Notes under the pieces: generated by a model
Told to the model about the DNA's origin: nothing
The model's input: only the letters and a program-made list of their open reading frames with translations
Database searches by the model: none
Shown here: one piece after another, positions 45,773 through 54,835 of the stretch
Position numbering within the stretch: the stretch's first letter is position 1
Layout: each line of letters starts with the position of its first letter
Made by a program: the position numbers and the translations under genes
Assembly: GCA_913043225.1 (NCBI GenBank)
Contig: CAJWLU010000005.1
Span: 128,001-192,000 of the forward strand
DNA from: an uncultured Acidobacteriota bacterium
GTDB lineage: Bacteria; Acidobacteriota; Vicinamibacteria; Vicinamibacterales; UBA8438
Reading direction: 5' to 3'
DNA length: 64,000 nucleotides

Positions 45773-45866
45773 GCAGCACACGCCAGCCCAGGCATATATT
45801 TTCCAGTAACTTACAGAGCAACCACGAGATCGCGGTTGTGTCCTGGGAAGAGTCCACGCCGTCCAG

Positions 45867-46667
45867 TCAGGACGACGCGGCGTGCTCAGCGATGACCGAC
45901 AGGAGGTGGCCGTGCAGTTTAGGATTCGACGCCACGATCTCGCCGCATCCGGTATCGAATGGACTGCCGTCGAACCTTGACAGCTGTCCGCCAGCCTCCT
46001 CCACCACCAAGCTTGCCGCAGAGAGATCCCAGGGATTCAACCGCTGCTCCCAGAAACCGTCGAGACGTCCGGCGGCTACGTAGCAGAGGTCGAGAGCCGC
46101 CGAACCAAGCCGCCGCACCGCCCGGGCTCTGGAGACAAAAGCCCCGAATAGTCCGACGACCTCGTCGACGGTCTGGTGGACGTCATAGGGGAACCCAGTG
46201 CAGAGCATGGCATCGACCAGGGTTTCGGCATCGGACACTCGCAACGGAACCCCGTTGAGCCAGGCCCCTACACCCCGCTCGGCAGTGAAGAGCTCGCGAC
46301 GCGACGGGTCGTAGACCGCAGAAACCACCGGCCTTCCCTCGACCTCCAGCGCGAGACAGGAGCAGAACATCGGCAACCCGTGCGCGTAGTTCACGGTGCC
46401 GTCGACCGGATCAAAGACCCACACGTGACTCGCGTCGCTCAACGCGGGACCATCGTCGAGTTCCTCTGCCTGCACCGCGTGGGTCGGGAAGCGCGCGGCG
46501 ATCGTCTCCCGGCACATCCGCTCGACCTCAAGATCGACCCGGGTCACGAGGTCGATCGGCCCTTTCTTGTCGATCTCGAGGTCTCCACCACGCTCCGCCA
46601 TCTGGATCGCGCCGGCACGAACGACGATGTCGATGGCGGTCGCGAGCCAGATGGGGGAATGAACCAC
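45867..46667 (-). CDS. suhB: Inositol monophosphatase family protein
   Basis: DLVT, AEE, WVFDPVDGTVNY, RRLGSAALDL, WDLSAA. Confidence 0.9.
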   Translation of the reverse strand: MVHSPIWLATAIDIVVRAGAIQMAERGGDLEIDKKGPIDLVTRVDLEVERMCRETIAARFPTHAVQAEELDDGPALSDASHVWVFDPVDGTVNYAHGLPMFCSCLALEVEGRPVVSAVYDPSRRELFTAERGVGAWLNGVPLRVSDAETLVDAMLCTGFPYDVHQTVDEVVGLFGAFVSRARAVRRLGSAALDLCYVAAGRLDGFWEQRLNPWDLSAASLVVEEAGGQLSRFDGSPFDTGCGEIVASNPKLHGHLLSVIAEHAASS

Positions 46668-46697
46668 GATGGATCCGGGTCGACGTTGACAGCCAGA

Positions 46698-47138
46698 CTA
46701 GGACGAGGAGGTCGAGGACTTGACCATCACGACTTCCATCCCACCTTCGGGAACCCTCTGCAGCTTGAGGTCATCCATGAAGCTGCGCATGAAGAAGACC
46801 CCGCGGCCGCTAGACTTCAGCAGATTCTCCGGCGCCAACGGATCGACTACCTCAACTGGGTCGAAGCCCTCGCCCTGGTCGACGACCCGCACGGTGAGCC
46901 GATCCGGATCGGCCACCGGACTCAAGGTGAACTCGACCATCACCCGTTTGTCCTCAATCTCGCGGTTCCCGTGCTTGATGGCGTTGATAACCGACTCTCT
47001 GACGGCGACCGACACCCAGTGGATCGCATCATCGTCGAATTTGGCCAACGCTCCCAAGGTCTCGCTGACCACCTGGACGAAGTCCAACATGTCGCAGTGG
47101 CTGCGAAACTCGAGACGGATGACGCTATCGGTACTCAT
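46698..47138 (-). CDS. Anti-sigma factor / Ser kinase (RsbW-like HATPase)
   Basis: ESVINAIKHGN, VDQGEGFD, SGRGVFFMRSFMD. Confidence 0.9.
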   Translation of the reverse strand: MSTDSVIRLEFRSHCDMLDFVQVVSETLGALAKFDDDAIHWVSVAVRESVINAIKHGNREIEDKRVMVEFTLSPVADPDRLTVRVVDQGEGFDPVEVVDPLAPENLLKSSGRGVFFMRSFMDDLKLQRVPEGGMEVVMVKSSTSSS

Positions 47139-47265
47139 TCCGGTTCGGGCGCCAGGTGCCAGGCGGGACCCGCACTGGCCTGCTGGGCGCCCAGTAACAT
47201 ACAGTCCGGCTCAAGCCAGGCGCAAGCGCGGATCGTTGGTTGCCGACTGAGCTGGGGCCGGCGGC

Positions 47266-47274
47266 TGCTATAGT
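47266..47274 (+). promoter_or_regulatory. Extended -10 promoter, leaderless aroA
   Basis: TGcTATAGT lies 6 nt before ATG 47281; no SD sequence. Confidence 0.6.
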
Positions 47275-47280
47275 GCCGAG

Positions 47281-48576
47281 ATGGGCACCACCGTGGTACA
47301 ACCGGCCTCCCGAATCCTGGGACGTCTGCGAATTCCTGGCGACAAGTCCGTCTCGCATCGGTATGCTCTGCTGGCTGCCATCTCCGAGGGGCCTTCTATC
47401 ATCACTAACTATGCGCCGGGGACCGACTGCACCTCCACGCTTTCCTGCCTCGGCGCGCTTGGCGTAGCCGTCGACCGGCCGCCCGACGGCCCGGACCGGG
47501 ATCTGGTCACGATCGAAGGCTGCGGAATCAACGGCCTACGGGCCCCACAGGGCCCACTCGACGCAGGCAACTCCGGCACCACGGTCCGTCTCCTCGCGGG
47601 TATCCTGGCCGGTCAGAAGGTCACCTCGACGCTGGTCGGCGACGCTTCGCTGTCGCGTCGGCCGATGGGACGAATCATCGAGCCACTCACCCGACTGGGG
47701 GCCCGGCTCGAGGGCACCGACGGCCGTCTGCCACTCACCGTCACCGGTGGACCGCTCACCGGCATCGACTATGCCCCGCCAGTGGCCAGCGCGCAGGTCA
47801 AGAGCGCCGTGCTGCTCGCCGGGCTACAGGCGCGTGGCCGCACCACAGTCAAAGAACAGCAGCTTACGCGCGACCATACGGAACGGGCTCTCCCGATGTT
47901 CGGCATCCAGCTGTCGATGAACGGGTCCGAGATCAGCCTCGAGGGTGGTCAACGTCCCATTGGCGCGGAGCTGTCGGTGCCCGGCGACGCCTCGTCCGCT
48001 GCCTGCTGGGCAGTAGCAGCCGCCGCACTCCCGGGGTCGGAAATCTCACTCGAGGCCGTCGGACTGAACCCCGGCCGCATCGGCTTTCTGGCGGCGCTCG
48101 AACGGGCCGGGGCTGCCATCTCAGTAGAAGACCGCACCGATGCCGGCGGAGAACCTCGCGGCACCATCATCGTCCGGCATGGCACCGTGAGCCCCTTCGA
48201 GATCGCGCCCGACGAAGTGCCGAGTGTCATCGATGAACTGCCGATCCTCGCGGCGCTAGCGACGCATGGCGGCCGGCTCAGAGTGACGGGCGCCGGCGAG
48301 CTACGCCACAAGGAGAGCGACCGGATCGCGGCCCTCGCCACCGGACTCAGGGCGCTCGGAGGCCAAATCGACGAGTTGGAGGACGGCTTCGAGGTCGACG
48401 GCTCCAAACCGCTGACCGGCGGCCAGGCGGACGCGGCCGGAGACCACCGGCTGGCCATGGCCTTTGCCCTAGCCGCCCTCGGCGCCGGCGCCCCGAGCGA
48501 GATCAGCAATGCCGAGGCAGTCGACATCTCGTATCCCGGGTTCTTCCACATCCTGCGCAACCTGAGCCAAACGTGA
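47281..48576 (+). CDS. aroA: 3-phosphoshikimate 1-carboxyvinyltransferase (EPSP synthase)
   Basis: PGDKSVSHR, GNSGTT, SAQVKSA, RDHTER, RHKESDR, DHRLAM. Confidence 0.97.
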   Translation: MGTTVVQPASRILGRLRIPGDKSVSHRYALLAAISEGPSIITNYAPGTDCTSTLSCLGALGVAVDRPPDGPDRDLVTIEGCGINGLRAPQGPLDAGNSGTTVRLLAGILAGQKVTSTLVGDASLSRRPMGRIIEPLTRLGARLEGTDGRLPLTVTGGPLTGIDYAPPVASAQVKSAVLLAGLQARGRTTVKEQQLTRDHTERALPMFGIQLSMNGSEISLEGGQRPIGAELSVPGDASSAACWAVAAAALPGSEISLEAVGLNPGRIGFLAALERAGAAISVEDRTDAGGEPRGTIIVRHGTVSPFEIAPDEVPSVIDELPILAALATHGGRLRVTGAGELRHKESDRIAALATGLRALGGQIDELEDGFEVDGSKPLTGGQADAAGDHRLAMAFALAALGAGAPSEISNAEAVDISYPGFFHILRNLSQT

Positions 48577-49088
48577 CCACCACCAAGCTCTATCTGGTCG
48601 GTTTCATGGCGGCCGGCAAGAGCACGCTCGCCCACGCTCTTGCCAGCACCCTCCGATGGAACGCGGTGGACACAGACGCGCTCGTCGAAGAGCGCCAGGG
48701 TGCTTCGATCGCGGAGATCTTCGCCACTCACGGAGAAGCCGCCTTCCGCGCGGCGGAACGAACCGCGCTGGAGGAACTCGCCCCCCGTCAGCAGCTAGTG
48801 GTGGCGACTGGTGGCGGGCTGTATGTCGACCCCGAGAACCGGGCGCTGATCGATCGCGACGGCGTGGCGATCTGGCTTGATGTATCCTTGAAGCGGATCA
48901 TCGAGCGTCTGCCACGGGACGGGCGCCGGCCGCTGGCCGCCGACCGTGTCGGCTTGGAACGCCTGTATGAGGCACGCAAGTCAGCGTATCGGCAGGCCCA
49001 TTTGAGACTCGATGCCGATGCTGCCGGCCCCGACGAACTTGTCGAGCGGGTCCACGAATGGCTCGGTCGGCAACCGCAGACGAAGTGA
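48573..49088 (+). CDS. aroK: Shikimate kinase
   Basis: GFMAAGKST, DTD, GEAAFR, ATGGG, RPL. Confidence 0.94.
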   Translation: MTTTKLYLVGFMAAGKSTLAHALASTLRWNAVDTDALVEERQGASIAEIFATHGEAAFRAAERTALEELAPRQQLVVATGGGLYVDPENRALIDRDGVAIWLDVSLKRIIERLPRDGRRPLAADRVGLERLYEARKSAYRQAHLRLDADAAGPDELVERVHEWLGRQPQTK

Positions 49089-49161
49089 ACGTCATCGCTG
49101 ACCGGCACCGGCCACCATCGCATTACTCCCCTGAACCCAGACAACCCGAGGCTAGCTCTGC

Positions 49162-49911
49162 ATGCGTTTTCTGATTCTCAGTGATATCCACGGCAACATC
49201 GATGCCCTCGACGCCGTGCTCGCCCGAGCGCCTCAAGAGTCCTACGACCGCCTGCTGGTGCTGGGCGACCTCGTCGGCTACTGCGCCAACCCGAACGAAG
49301 TGGTCGAGAGGATCTTCGAACTCGAGCCTGACGCGGTGATACGAGGCAACCACGACAAGGTCTGCTCGGGAGTGGAGAGCGCCGACAATTTCAACCGGAT
49401 TGCCGGAGAGGCGGCGCGGTGGACCATCAAGGCCCTGACGCCGGCCAACAAGGAACGCGTGGCCAAGTTGCCGTCCGGCCCGACGAACGTCGACAAGGAC
49501 GTCGAGATCTGCCACGGCACGCCGTTCGATGAAGACACCTATATCTTCGACGAGGACGACGCCACGAAGGCGTTCGACGCCATGCATCGGCAGATCTGCT
49601 TCTTCGGGCACACCCACGTCCCAGTGGCCTACGTGCGAAAAGGCTCGAACCTGACGGTCGTACACCCGCAGCCCGGCGGCCCTGAGACCACCGTCGTCAA
49701 CGTCTTGAAACGCAGCCGCTATCTCATCAACCCGGGTTCTATCGGCCAACCTCGCGACACCGACCAACGGGCGTCCTACGCCACCTACGATTCGAAGAAG
49801 TCACGAATTGAGGTCCGGCGAGTGCCGTATCGGATCGATCTTGCTCAGCAACGCATCGTCGAAGCGGGACTTCCCGAAAGCCTTGCATTTCGCCTCGGCC
49901 TTGGCCGGTAG
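49162..49911 (+). CDS. Calcineurin-like metallophosphoesterase (YfcE-like)
   Basis: SDIHGN, GDLVGY, GNHD, GHTH, NPGSIGQPRD. Confidence 0.92.
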   Translation: MRFLILSDIHGNIDALDAVLARAPQESYDRLLVLGDLVGYCANPNEVVERIFELEPDAVIRGNHDKVCSGVESADNFNRIAGEAARWTIKALTPANKERVAKLPSGPTNVDKDVEICHGTPFDEDTYIFDEDDATKAFDAMHRQICFFGHTHVPVAYVRKGSNLTVVHPQPGGPETTVVNVLKRSRYLINPGSIGQPRDTDQRASYATYDSKKSRIEVRRVPYRIDLAQQRIVEAGLPESLAFRLGLGR

Positions 49912-50014
49912 AAATTCTGGCTCGGCTTGCGCCTAGTGACGTGCAAGGAAGACGCAGGCAAGTGCCTGTGACCGACGAAGCAACGCCGCCAGGCGAGAGC
50001 TTCATCAGGATTTC
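49909..50014 (+). repeat. Structured intergenic element, copy 2
   Basis: Terminal arms GAAATTCTGG / TCAGGATTTC pair (two G-U), inner CAGGCA-ag-TGCCTG hairpin, core shared with 35520..35626. Confidence 0.55.
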
Positions 50015-50121
50015 AGACCGGAGCAATGATCGTTCTTGAGGTGAGTGGTTATAATTCCACGATCCGTTTGAGTCAGCGGGGCATGCGCGCCCTGTCCCAT
50101 CGCTCGTCCAAGGAGTCGCCC

Positions 50122-51384
50122 ATGCGTTTCTCCAGCCTCACCCTCGCGGCGATGGCCGCAGCTGCCGTGATTGCACTTCCGGCGGCGGCGCAAGACGCCC
50201 CGGCCAACGTCACCTTCACCCGCGACATCGCGCCCATCTTTCAGCGATCGTGCCAGAGCTGTCATCGGACCGGGTCTATCGCCCCGATGTCGCTGCTGAC
50301 CTACGAGGAGGTGCGCCCGTGGGCCCGCTCGATCAAACAGCGGATCGAGTCACGCGAGATGCCGCCCTGGTTCATCGACCGGCATGTCGGCGTGCAAGGC
50401 TTCAAAGCTGACAAGTCGCTGTCTGACGCGGAAATCGCCATCGTCTCGACCTGGGTCGACAACGGTGCGCCGCGCGGTAATCCTGCCGACCTGCCACCGC
50501 CGATCGCGTTCGACGACATGACGAAGTGGAATATCGGTGAACCAGACTGGGTCGTCGAGATTCCTGAGCCGTTCGTGGTCAAGGCGGAAGCCGCCGACTG
50601 GTGGGGCAACTTGGTGTCCGACTCCGGCTTGACCGAAGACCGCTGGGTGAAGGCGGTCGAGACCAAGCCGACCGAAGAGAGCTTCCCGGTGGTTCACCAT
50701 GCAGTCACGACCGCCATCGACCCGGACGGCGAGGCGGCGTTCCTGAACGAGTACGCCCTGGGTAAAAACGGCGACATCTATCCAGATGGCACGGGACGCC
50801 TCCTCAAGGCGGGCAGCCAGATCCGGTTCAACATGCACTATCACGCGATCGGCCGGGAGATCACCGACCGGACCAGCGTCGGCCTGACCTTCTACCCGAA
50901 GGGCGTCGAGCCGGAGCGCCCCATCTATGCGCTCCATATCGGCGACAACGAAGATCTCGACATTCCAGCCGGCGAGGCCGACATCAGACACGATGGCTAC
51001 TACCACCTCAAGGACAACATCACCCTGACGGTGTTCCAACCGCATCTGCACAACCTCGGCACGCGGCAGTGCATCGAGGCCATCCTGCCAGACAACTCGG
51101 TACAGTCCATCAACTGTGCCAATTGGGACTTCGGATGGCACATCGCCTACAACTATGAGGACGGCGTGGCTCCCCTGATCCCGAAAGGCAGCGTCATCCA
51201 CGTCATCAGCTGGCACGACAACTCCGACGCCAACCGCTGGAACGACGACCCGCGGAACTGGGCCGGCTTCGGCCAGCGCTCGAACGACGACATGAGCTTC
51301 GCCTGGCTCAGCTGGTTCACGATGAACGACACAGAATTTGAGGCCGCCGTGGCGGCACGGGAAGCCGCTACGGACAATGACTAG
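50122..51384 (+). CDS. Secreted monoheme cytochrome c fused to a copper type II (PHM/DBH-like) monooxygenase-like domain
   Basis: AAGGAG RBS, Sec signal, CQSCH heme motif with MPPW, then VVHHA, MHYH, PHLH, NWDFGWH and DDMS (candidate Cu-Met). Confidence 0.78.
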   Translation: MRFSSLTLAAMAAAAVIALPAAAQDAPANVTFTRDIAPIFQRSCQSCHRTGSIAPMSLLTYEEVRPWARSIKQRIESREMPPWFIDRHVGVQGFKADKSLSDAEIAIVSTWVDNGAPRGNPADLPPPIAFDDMTKWNIGEPDWVVEIPEPFVVKAEAADWWGNLVSDSGLTEDRWVKAVETKPTEESFPVVHHAVTTAIDPDGEAAFLNEYALGKNGDIYPDGTGRLLKAGSQIRFNMHYHAIGREITDRTSVGLTFYPKGVEPERPIYALHIGDNEDLDIPAGEADIRHDGYYHLKDNITLTVFQPHLHNLGTRQCIEAILPDNSVQSINCANWDFGWHIAYNYEDGVAPLIPKGSVIHVISWHDNSDANRWNDDPRNWAGFGQRSNDDMSFAWLSWFTMNDTEFEAAVAAREAATDND

Positions 51385-52222
51385 GCGGCTCTTCGCTATC
51401 AAAGCGGCCGCCGTCCTCCTCTGTCTGGGCTCTGTGGCCGACGCCCAGACGAAGTTCAACAGCGGCCAGAACGTCCAACCGGTGTTCGAAGGATGGGAGA
51501 AGAACCCGGACGGCTCCTTCAACCTAATGTTCGGTTACCTCAACCGGAACTACGTAGAGCAGCCGCATGTGTCGGTCGGCACGCAGAACTTCTTTTCACC
51601 GGGCGAGACCGACCGCGGCCAGCCGACCCACTTCTACCCCCGGCGGCAGAACTACGTCTTTAAGGTGCGGGTACCCGCGGACTTCGGCGACAACGACCTC
51701 ATCTGGACCGTGACGCACAACGGTCGGACCGACACGGCGATCGGCTCCCTCTGGCCGGTGTGGGAAGTGGACGACGCGGTCGTCAAAGCGAACCGTGGCA
51801 TGGGCATCAGCGGCGCCTATGTCGACAACACCGCTCCGCGCGTCAGTGTCGAGGGCGCGGCGCAGCGGTCGACCCGGGTCGGAACTGCGGTGACATTGGC
51901 CGTGATGGCCGCCGATGACGGGATCCCAGGGCCAAACCCCGAGTCAGCTCGCCGACGAGGCGACCGCCGAGGGCGTCTCGGTCCGGATACCCAGAACATG
52001 CTGAACCCGCGAGCAGCGGTGGCGACGGGTCTGGCCGTGACCTGGCTGCATCACCGCGGCCCGGGAGCGGTCACATTTGATCCGAGCATGCCGTCGCTCG
52101 AGGGAGGACGGGGCGTGACGACCGCGACCTTCAGCAAGCCTGGGACGTATATCGTGCGGGCGGTTGCCGACGACACGGTGCTGACCACATTCGTCGATGT
52201 GACGGTCGTCGTCGAACGGTAG
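51377..52222 (+). CDS. Secreted hypothetical protein with C-terminal Ig/PKD-like domain, coupled to the cytochrome c/monooxygenase gene
   Basis: Signal peptide ending VADA-Q, PVFEGW..NPDGSFNLMFGYLNRN, GQPTHFYPRR, TFSKPGTYIVRAVADD; overlaps the upstream stop. Confidence 0.75.
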   Translation: MTRRLFAIKAAAVLLCLGSVADAQTKFNSGQNVQPVFEGWEKNPDGSFNLMFGYLNRNYVEQPHVSVGTQNFFSPGETDRGQPTHFYPRRQNYVFKVRVPADFGDNDLIWTVTHNGRTDTAIGSLWPVWEVDDAVVKANRGMGISGAYVDNTAPRVSVEGAAQRSTRVGTAVTLAVMAADDGIPGPNPESARRRGDRRGRLGPDTQNMLNPRAAVATGLAVTWLHHRGPGAVTFDPSMPSLEGGRGVTTATFSKPGTYIVRAVADDTVLTTFVDVTVVVER

Positions 52223-52225
52223 CCG

Positions 52226-52396
52226 TCAGCCGGTCTTTTCCGCCTCGGACCGCGCCTGCTTCCGCGCCGTGCGCTCCTCGCGTCGACGCAGCTCAGCGTG
52301 GTAGGCATCGGCCGCCGCGCGGGATCCTAAGATCCACCCGACGACCAGTCCGAAGAGCAGAATGGCTGGGATGTAGACGAAGTGGCCGGCGGGCAT
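52226..52396 (-). CDS. Small single-TM membrane protein at the end of the ccm operon (56 aa)
   Basis: Not in the ORF track. MPAGHFVYIPAILLFGLVVGWILGSRAAADAYHAELRRREERTARKQARSEAEKTG; starts 12 nt after the ccmD-like stop. Confidence 0.7.
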   Translation of the reverse strand: MPAGHFVYIPAILLFGLVVGWILGSRAAADAYHAELRRREERTARKQARSEAEKTG

Positions 52397-52408
52397 GGTC
52401 CGCAGACC

Positions 52409-52726
52409 TCAGGCGCCGGTGCCGGCACGGTCGCCAGCGGACACCCGGCGCCCCACGTCGGCGAGCTCCTTCTCGACGTTACCCAGGCGCTTCCATATCG
52501 TCCAGAGGTACCCGATCACGATGGCCCAGGCCACCGCATAGGCGGTCATAACGAGAGGGGCCGCCGGGAGCTCCTCTTCCGGCGGTATCTCGTCCATCGG
52601 CACGAACCCGTCCTGCGCCGCGTCGGTCGGCTGCGCCCAGAGGGTACTCTCGCCCCACGTGCCCGTCAGTACGACCGCCAGGATCACGACAACCAACCAG
52701 CGGGCTCTTCGTCCTCGTCCACTCAC
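52409..52726 (-). CDS. ccmD: CcmD-like heme exporter protein with N-terminal extension
   Basis: AYAVAWAIVIGYLWTIWKRL..VEKEL (TM plus coiled tail) directly after ccmC. Confidence 0.65.
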   Translation of the reverse strand: MSGRGRRARWLVVVILAVVLTGTWGESTLWAQPTDAAQDGFVPMDEIPPEEELPAAPLVMTAYAVAWAIVIGYLWTIWKRLGNVEKELADVGRRVSAGDRAGTGA

Positions 52727-53388
52727 GCCTCGTCCTCCAACGCCAGGTATAACTCATCGAGCGTCGCCCGCTGCTCCTCGAGTCGCCGCCTAGCCGACAG
52801 CATCGCCAGGCAAATGACGACGAACCCGGCCACCGACCACCACAAGGGCAGGCCGAAGTCGACCGGCAGGGTCGGTACGACCGAGGTGCGCGGATGCACC
52901 GTGCGCCAGATCTCGGTCGAGATATACAAGAACGGCACGTTCGCCATCGCGAAAATGCCGAGTCCGGCCGCCAGGCGATCCGAGCCTGGGCCACCATACT
53001 GCCGCAGCAGCAGGTACGCTACGAGTATCAGCTCCAGAATGACCGCCATGGTCAATCGAGCGTCCCACTGCCACCAAACACCCCAGGCCTTGACACCCCA
53101 CAACGGCCCCGTGATCAACCCGATCAACCCAAAGATCACCGCCTGTTCCGCGGCGGCCACCGCCAGCTGATCGGCCGAACGAATTCGCCTGAACAGGAAG
53201 ATGATGCTGGCGATCCCGAGTACGAAGATCGCCAGAAACATGGCCATCCACCCAGCGAAGTGGAAGTAGAAGATCTTCTGTACGAGCCCCATGGTGGACT
53301 CATAGGGCGCGCGCACGATCAGGACCGGCGCGCCAACGAAGAACAGCAGCGACAGGCCCGCAAGGACCGGAAACAGCCGTCGAGTCAT
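52723..53388 (-). CDS. ccmC: Heme exporter CcmC
   Basis: QKIFYFH, TGPLWGVKAWGVWWQWDARLT (WWD domain), RTVHP. Confidence 0.92.
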   Translation of the reverse strand: MTRRLFPVLAGLSLLFFVGAPVLIVRAPYESTMGLVQKIFYFHFAGWMAMFLAIFVLGIASIIFLFRRIRSADQLAVAAAEQAVIFGLIGLITGPLWGVKAWGVWWQWDARLTMAVILELILVAYLLLRQYGGPGSDRLAAGLGIFAMANVPFLYISTEIWRTVHPRTSVVPTLPVDFGLPLWWSVAGFVVICLAMLSARRRLEEQRATLDELYLALEDEA

Positions 53389-53392
53389 CGGC

Positions 53393-54076
53393 TCATTCTG
53401 TCATGACGGGCTCGAATGTCCATAACGCGAGCGTCAGGAACACGGCATCGAAGAACAGCAGCAAGCTGGTCCACAGCTGAACCATCGCCAGGTCTGGTTC
53501 CGGCTGCCAGAGGACATTCGTGCCACTGACGCCCATGATCAGCACGGGGATGGTGACCGGGTAGAGCAAGACCGGCAGCAGGACCGCTCGGCTCCGGGTT
53601 CTGACCAGCATCGCGGAGAAGAGCGTCCCGACGCTCGCGAACCCAAGCGTGCCGAGCGCCAGAAGCGCGAGCATCCGGAATGGATGCTCGAACAGCGGCG
53701 CCTGGAACATCAATGCCACCATCAGGACCACCACCAGCTCGACAACAGCCAGCAACAACAAGAGTCCGGAGAGCTTACCCAGATAGATCGCGGGACGATC
53801 GACCGGCGCCAGCAACAGGCCGCGCAAGGCGTCCTGGTACCGCTCGCGCTCGAACGCCCGGCCAAGCGCCAACGTACCGGCGAAGGCGACCGCGATCCAC
53901 AGAACGCCGGCCGCAGCGCCATCCACGGCTCGCCCACCCCGCACGAAGGCAAAGGCAAAGACCATGACACAGGACACGGCGAAGAACAGTGTCGTGACCA
54001 GCATCTCCTTATTGCGTGACTCAACCCGAAGGTCTTTCCGTACCACCAGCCATACCACCTGCAGGAAGCGCGTCAT
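53393..54076 (-). CDS. ccmB: Heme exporter permease CcmB
   Basis: KDLRVESR, FERE..QDALRGLLL, LLPVLLYPVTIP. Confidence 0.92.
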   Translation of the reverse strand: MTRFLQVVWLVVRKDLRVESRNKEMLVTTLFFAVSCVMVFAFAFVRGGRAVDGAAAGVLWIAVAFAGTLALGRAFERERYQDALRGLLLAPVDRPAIYLGKLSGLLLLLAVVELVVVLMVALMFQAPLFEHPFRMLALLALGTLGFASVGTLFSAMLVRTRSRAVLLPVLLYPVTIPVLIMGVSGTNVLWQPEPDLAMVQLWTSLLLFFDAVFLTLALWTFEPVMTE

Positions 54077-54816
54077 GCGGACACACCTCCCAGTTTCGAC
54101 GACGCTTCCTGCACCTCCACCCGATAGCGCTCGCGCAAGGTGCCGGTCGCCGGCAGCTCGCGAATCCGGCCATGGCGTAACATCAACGCCCGGTCTAGAA
54201 GACCATCGACGGTATCGAGATCATGGGTCACAACCAGCACGATGCGACCGTCCGTTCTCAGCAACGAGAGCCGGTGCATGAGAGCCGCTACTGCAGATTC
54301 GTCGAGTCCCGTAAACGGTTCGTCGAGCAAAACCAGCCGCGGCGTGTGCAGCAGCGCACGCTCAAGCGCCAGCCGCTGTCTCATCCCTCGGGAGAACCCC
54401 TCGACCACATCGTCGGCACGATCGCTGAGCGCCGCCGTCTCCAGCGCCGCCTCGACCCTGGCGTCGACCTTATCGAGTCCGTACATCCCAGCAAAGAACG
54501 CCAGATTCTCACGCGCGGTGAGTTCAGGATAGAGCTGCAGCTCGTGAGACAAGAATCCTATCTGGGCCCTGAGCCTCGTACCTGCCCCGCGAGCGGTCCA
54601 CTTGCCGTAACGCACCTCGCCAAAAGAAGGTTCGGCCAGCGTGCTGAGCACGCCCAGGAGAGTGGACTTTCCGGCACCATTGGGGCCCACGAGCCCAACG
54701 ATCTCACCGCCACGGCAGCAGAGCGACACGTGCCGAAGCGCCCGCCGCCGACCATAGGACCGGGACACTCCGCTGGCAACTACCTGGTCGAAATCGAGAT
54801 GCGAAGGACGGGGCAC
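54073..54816 (-). CDS. ccmA: ABC ATPase CcmA
   Basis: GPNGAGKST, FSRGMRQR, LLDEPFTGLD; start placed at GTG 54816. Confidence 0.88.
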   Translation of the reverse strand: MPRPSHLDFDQVVASGVSRSYGRRRALRHVSLCCRGGEIVGLVGPNGAGKSTLLGVLSTLAEPSFGEVRYGKWTARGAGTRLRAQIGFLSHELQLYPELTARENLAFFAGMYGLDKVDARVEAALETAALSDRADDVVEGFSRGMRQRLALERALLHTPRLVLLDEPFTGLDESAVAALMHRLSLLRTDGRIVLVVTHDLDTVDGLLDRALMLRHGRIRELPATGTLRERYRVEVQEASSKLGGVSA

Positions 54817-54835
54817 GAGAGCTCCTCGCCAGCCG

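Noticed and set aside
46698..47138. RsbW-like gene as part of a partner-switching module
   Set aside because: No anti-anti-sigma, phosphatase or sigma factor adjacent; nothing beyond an isolated gene can be supported.
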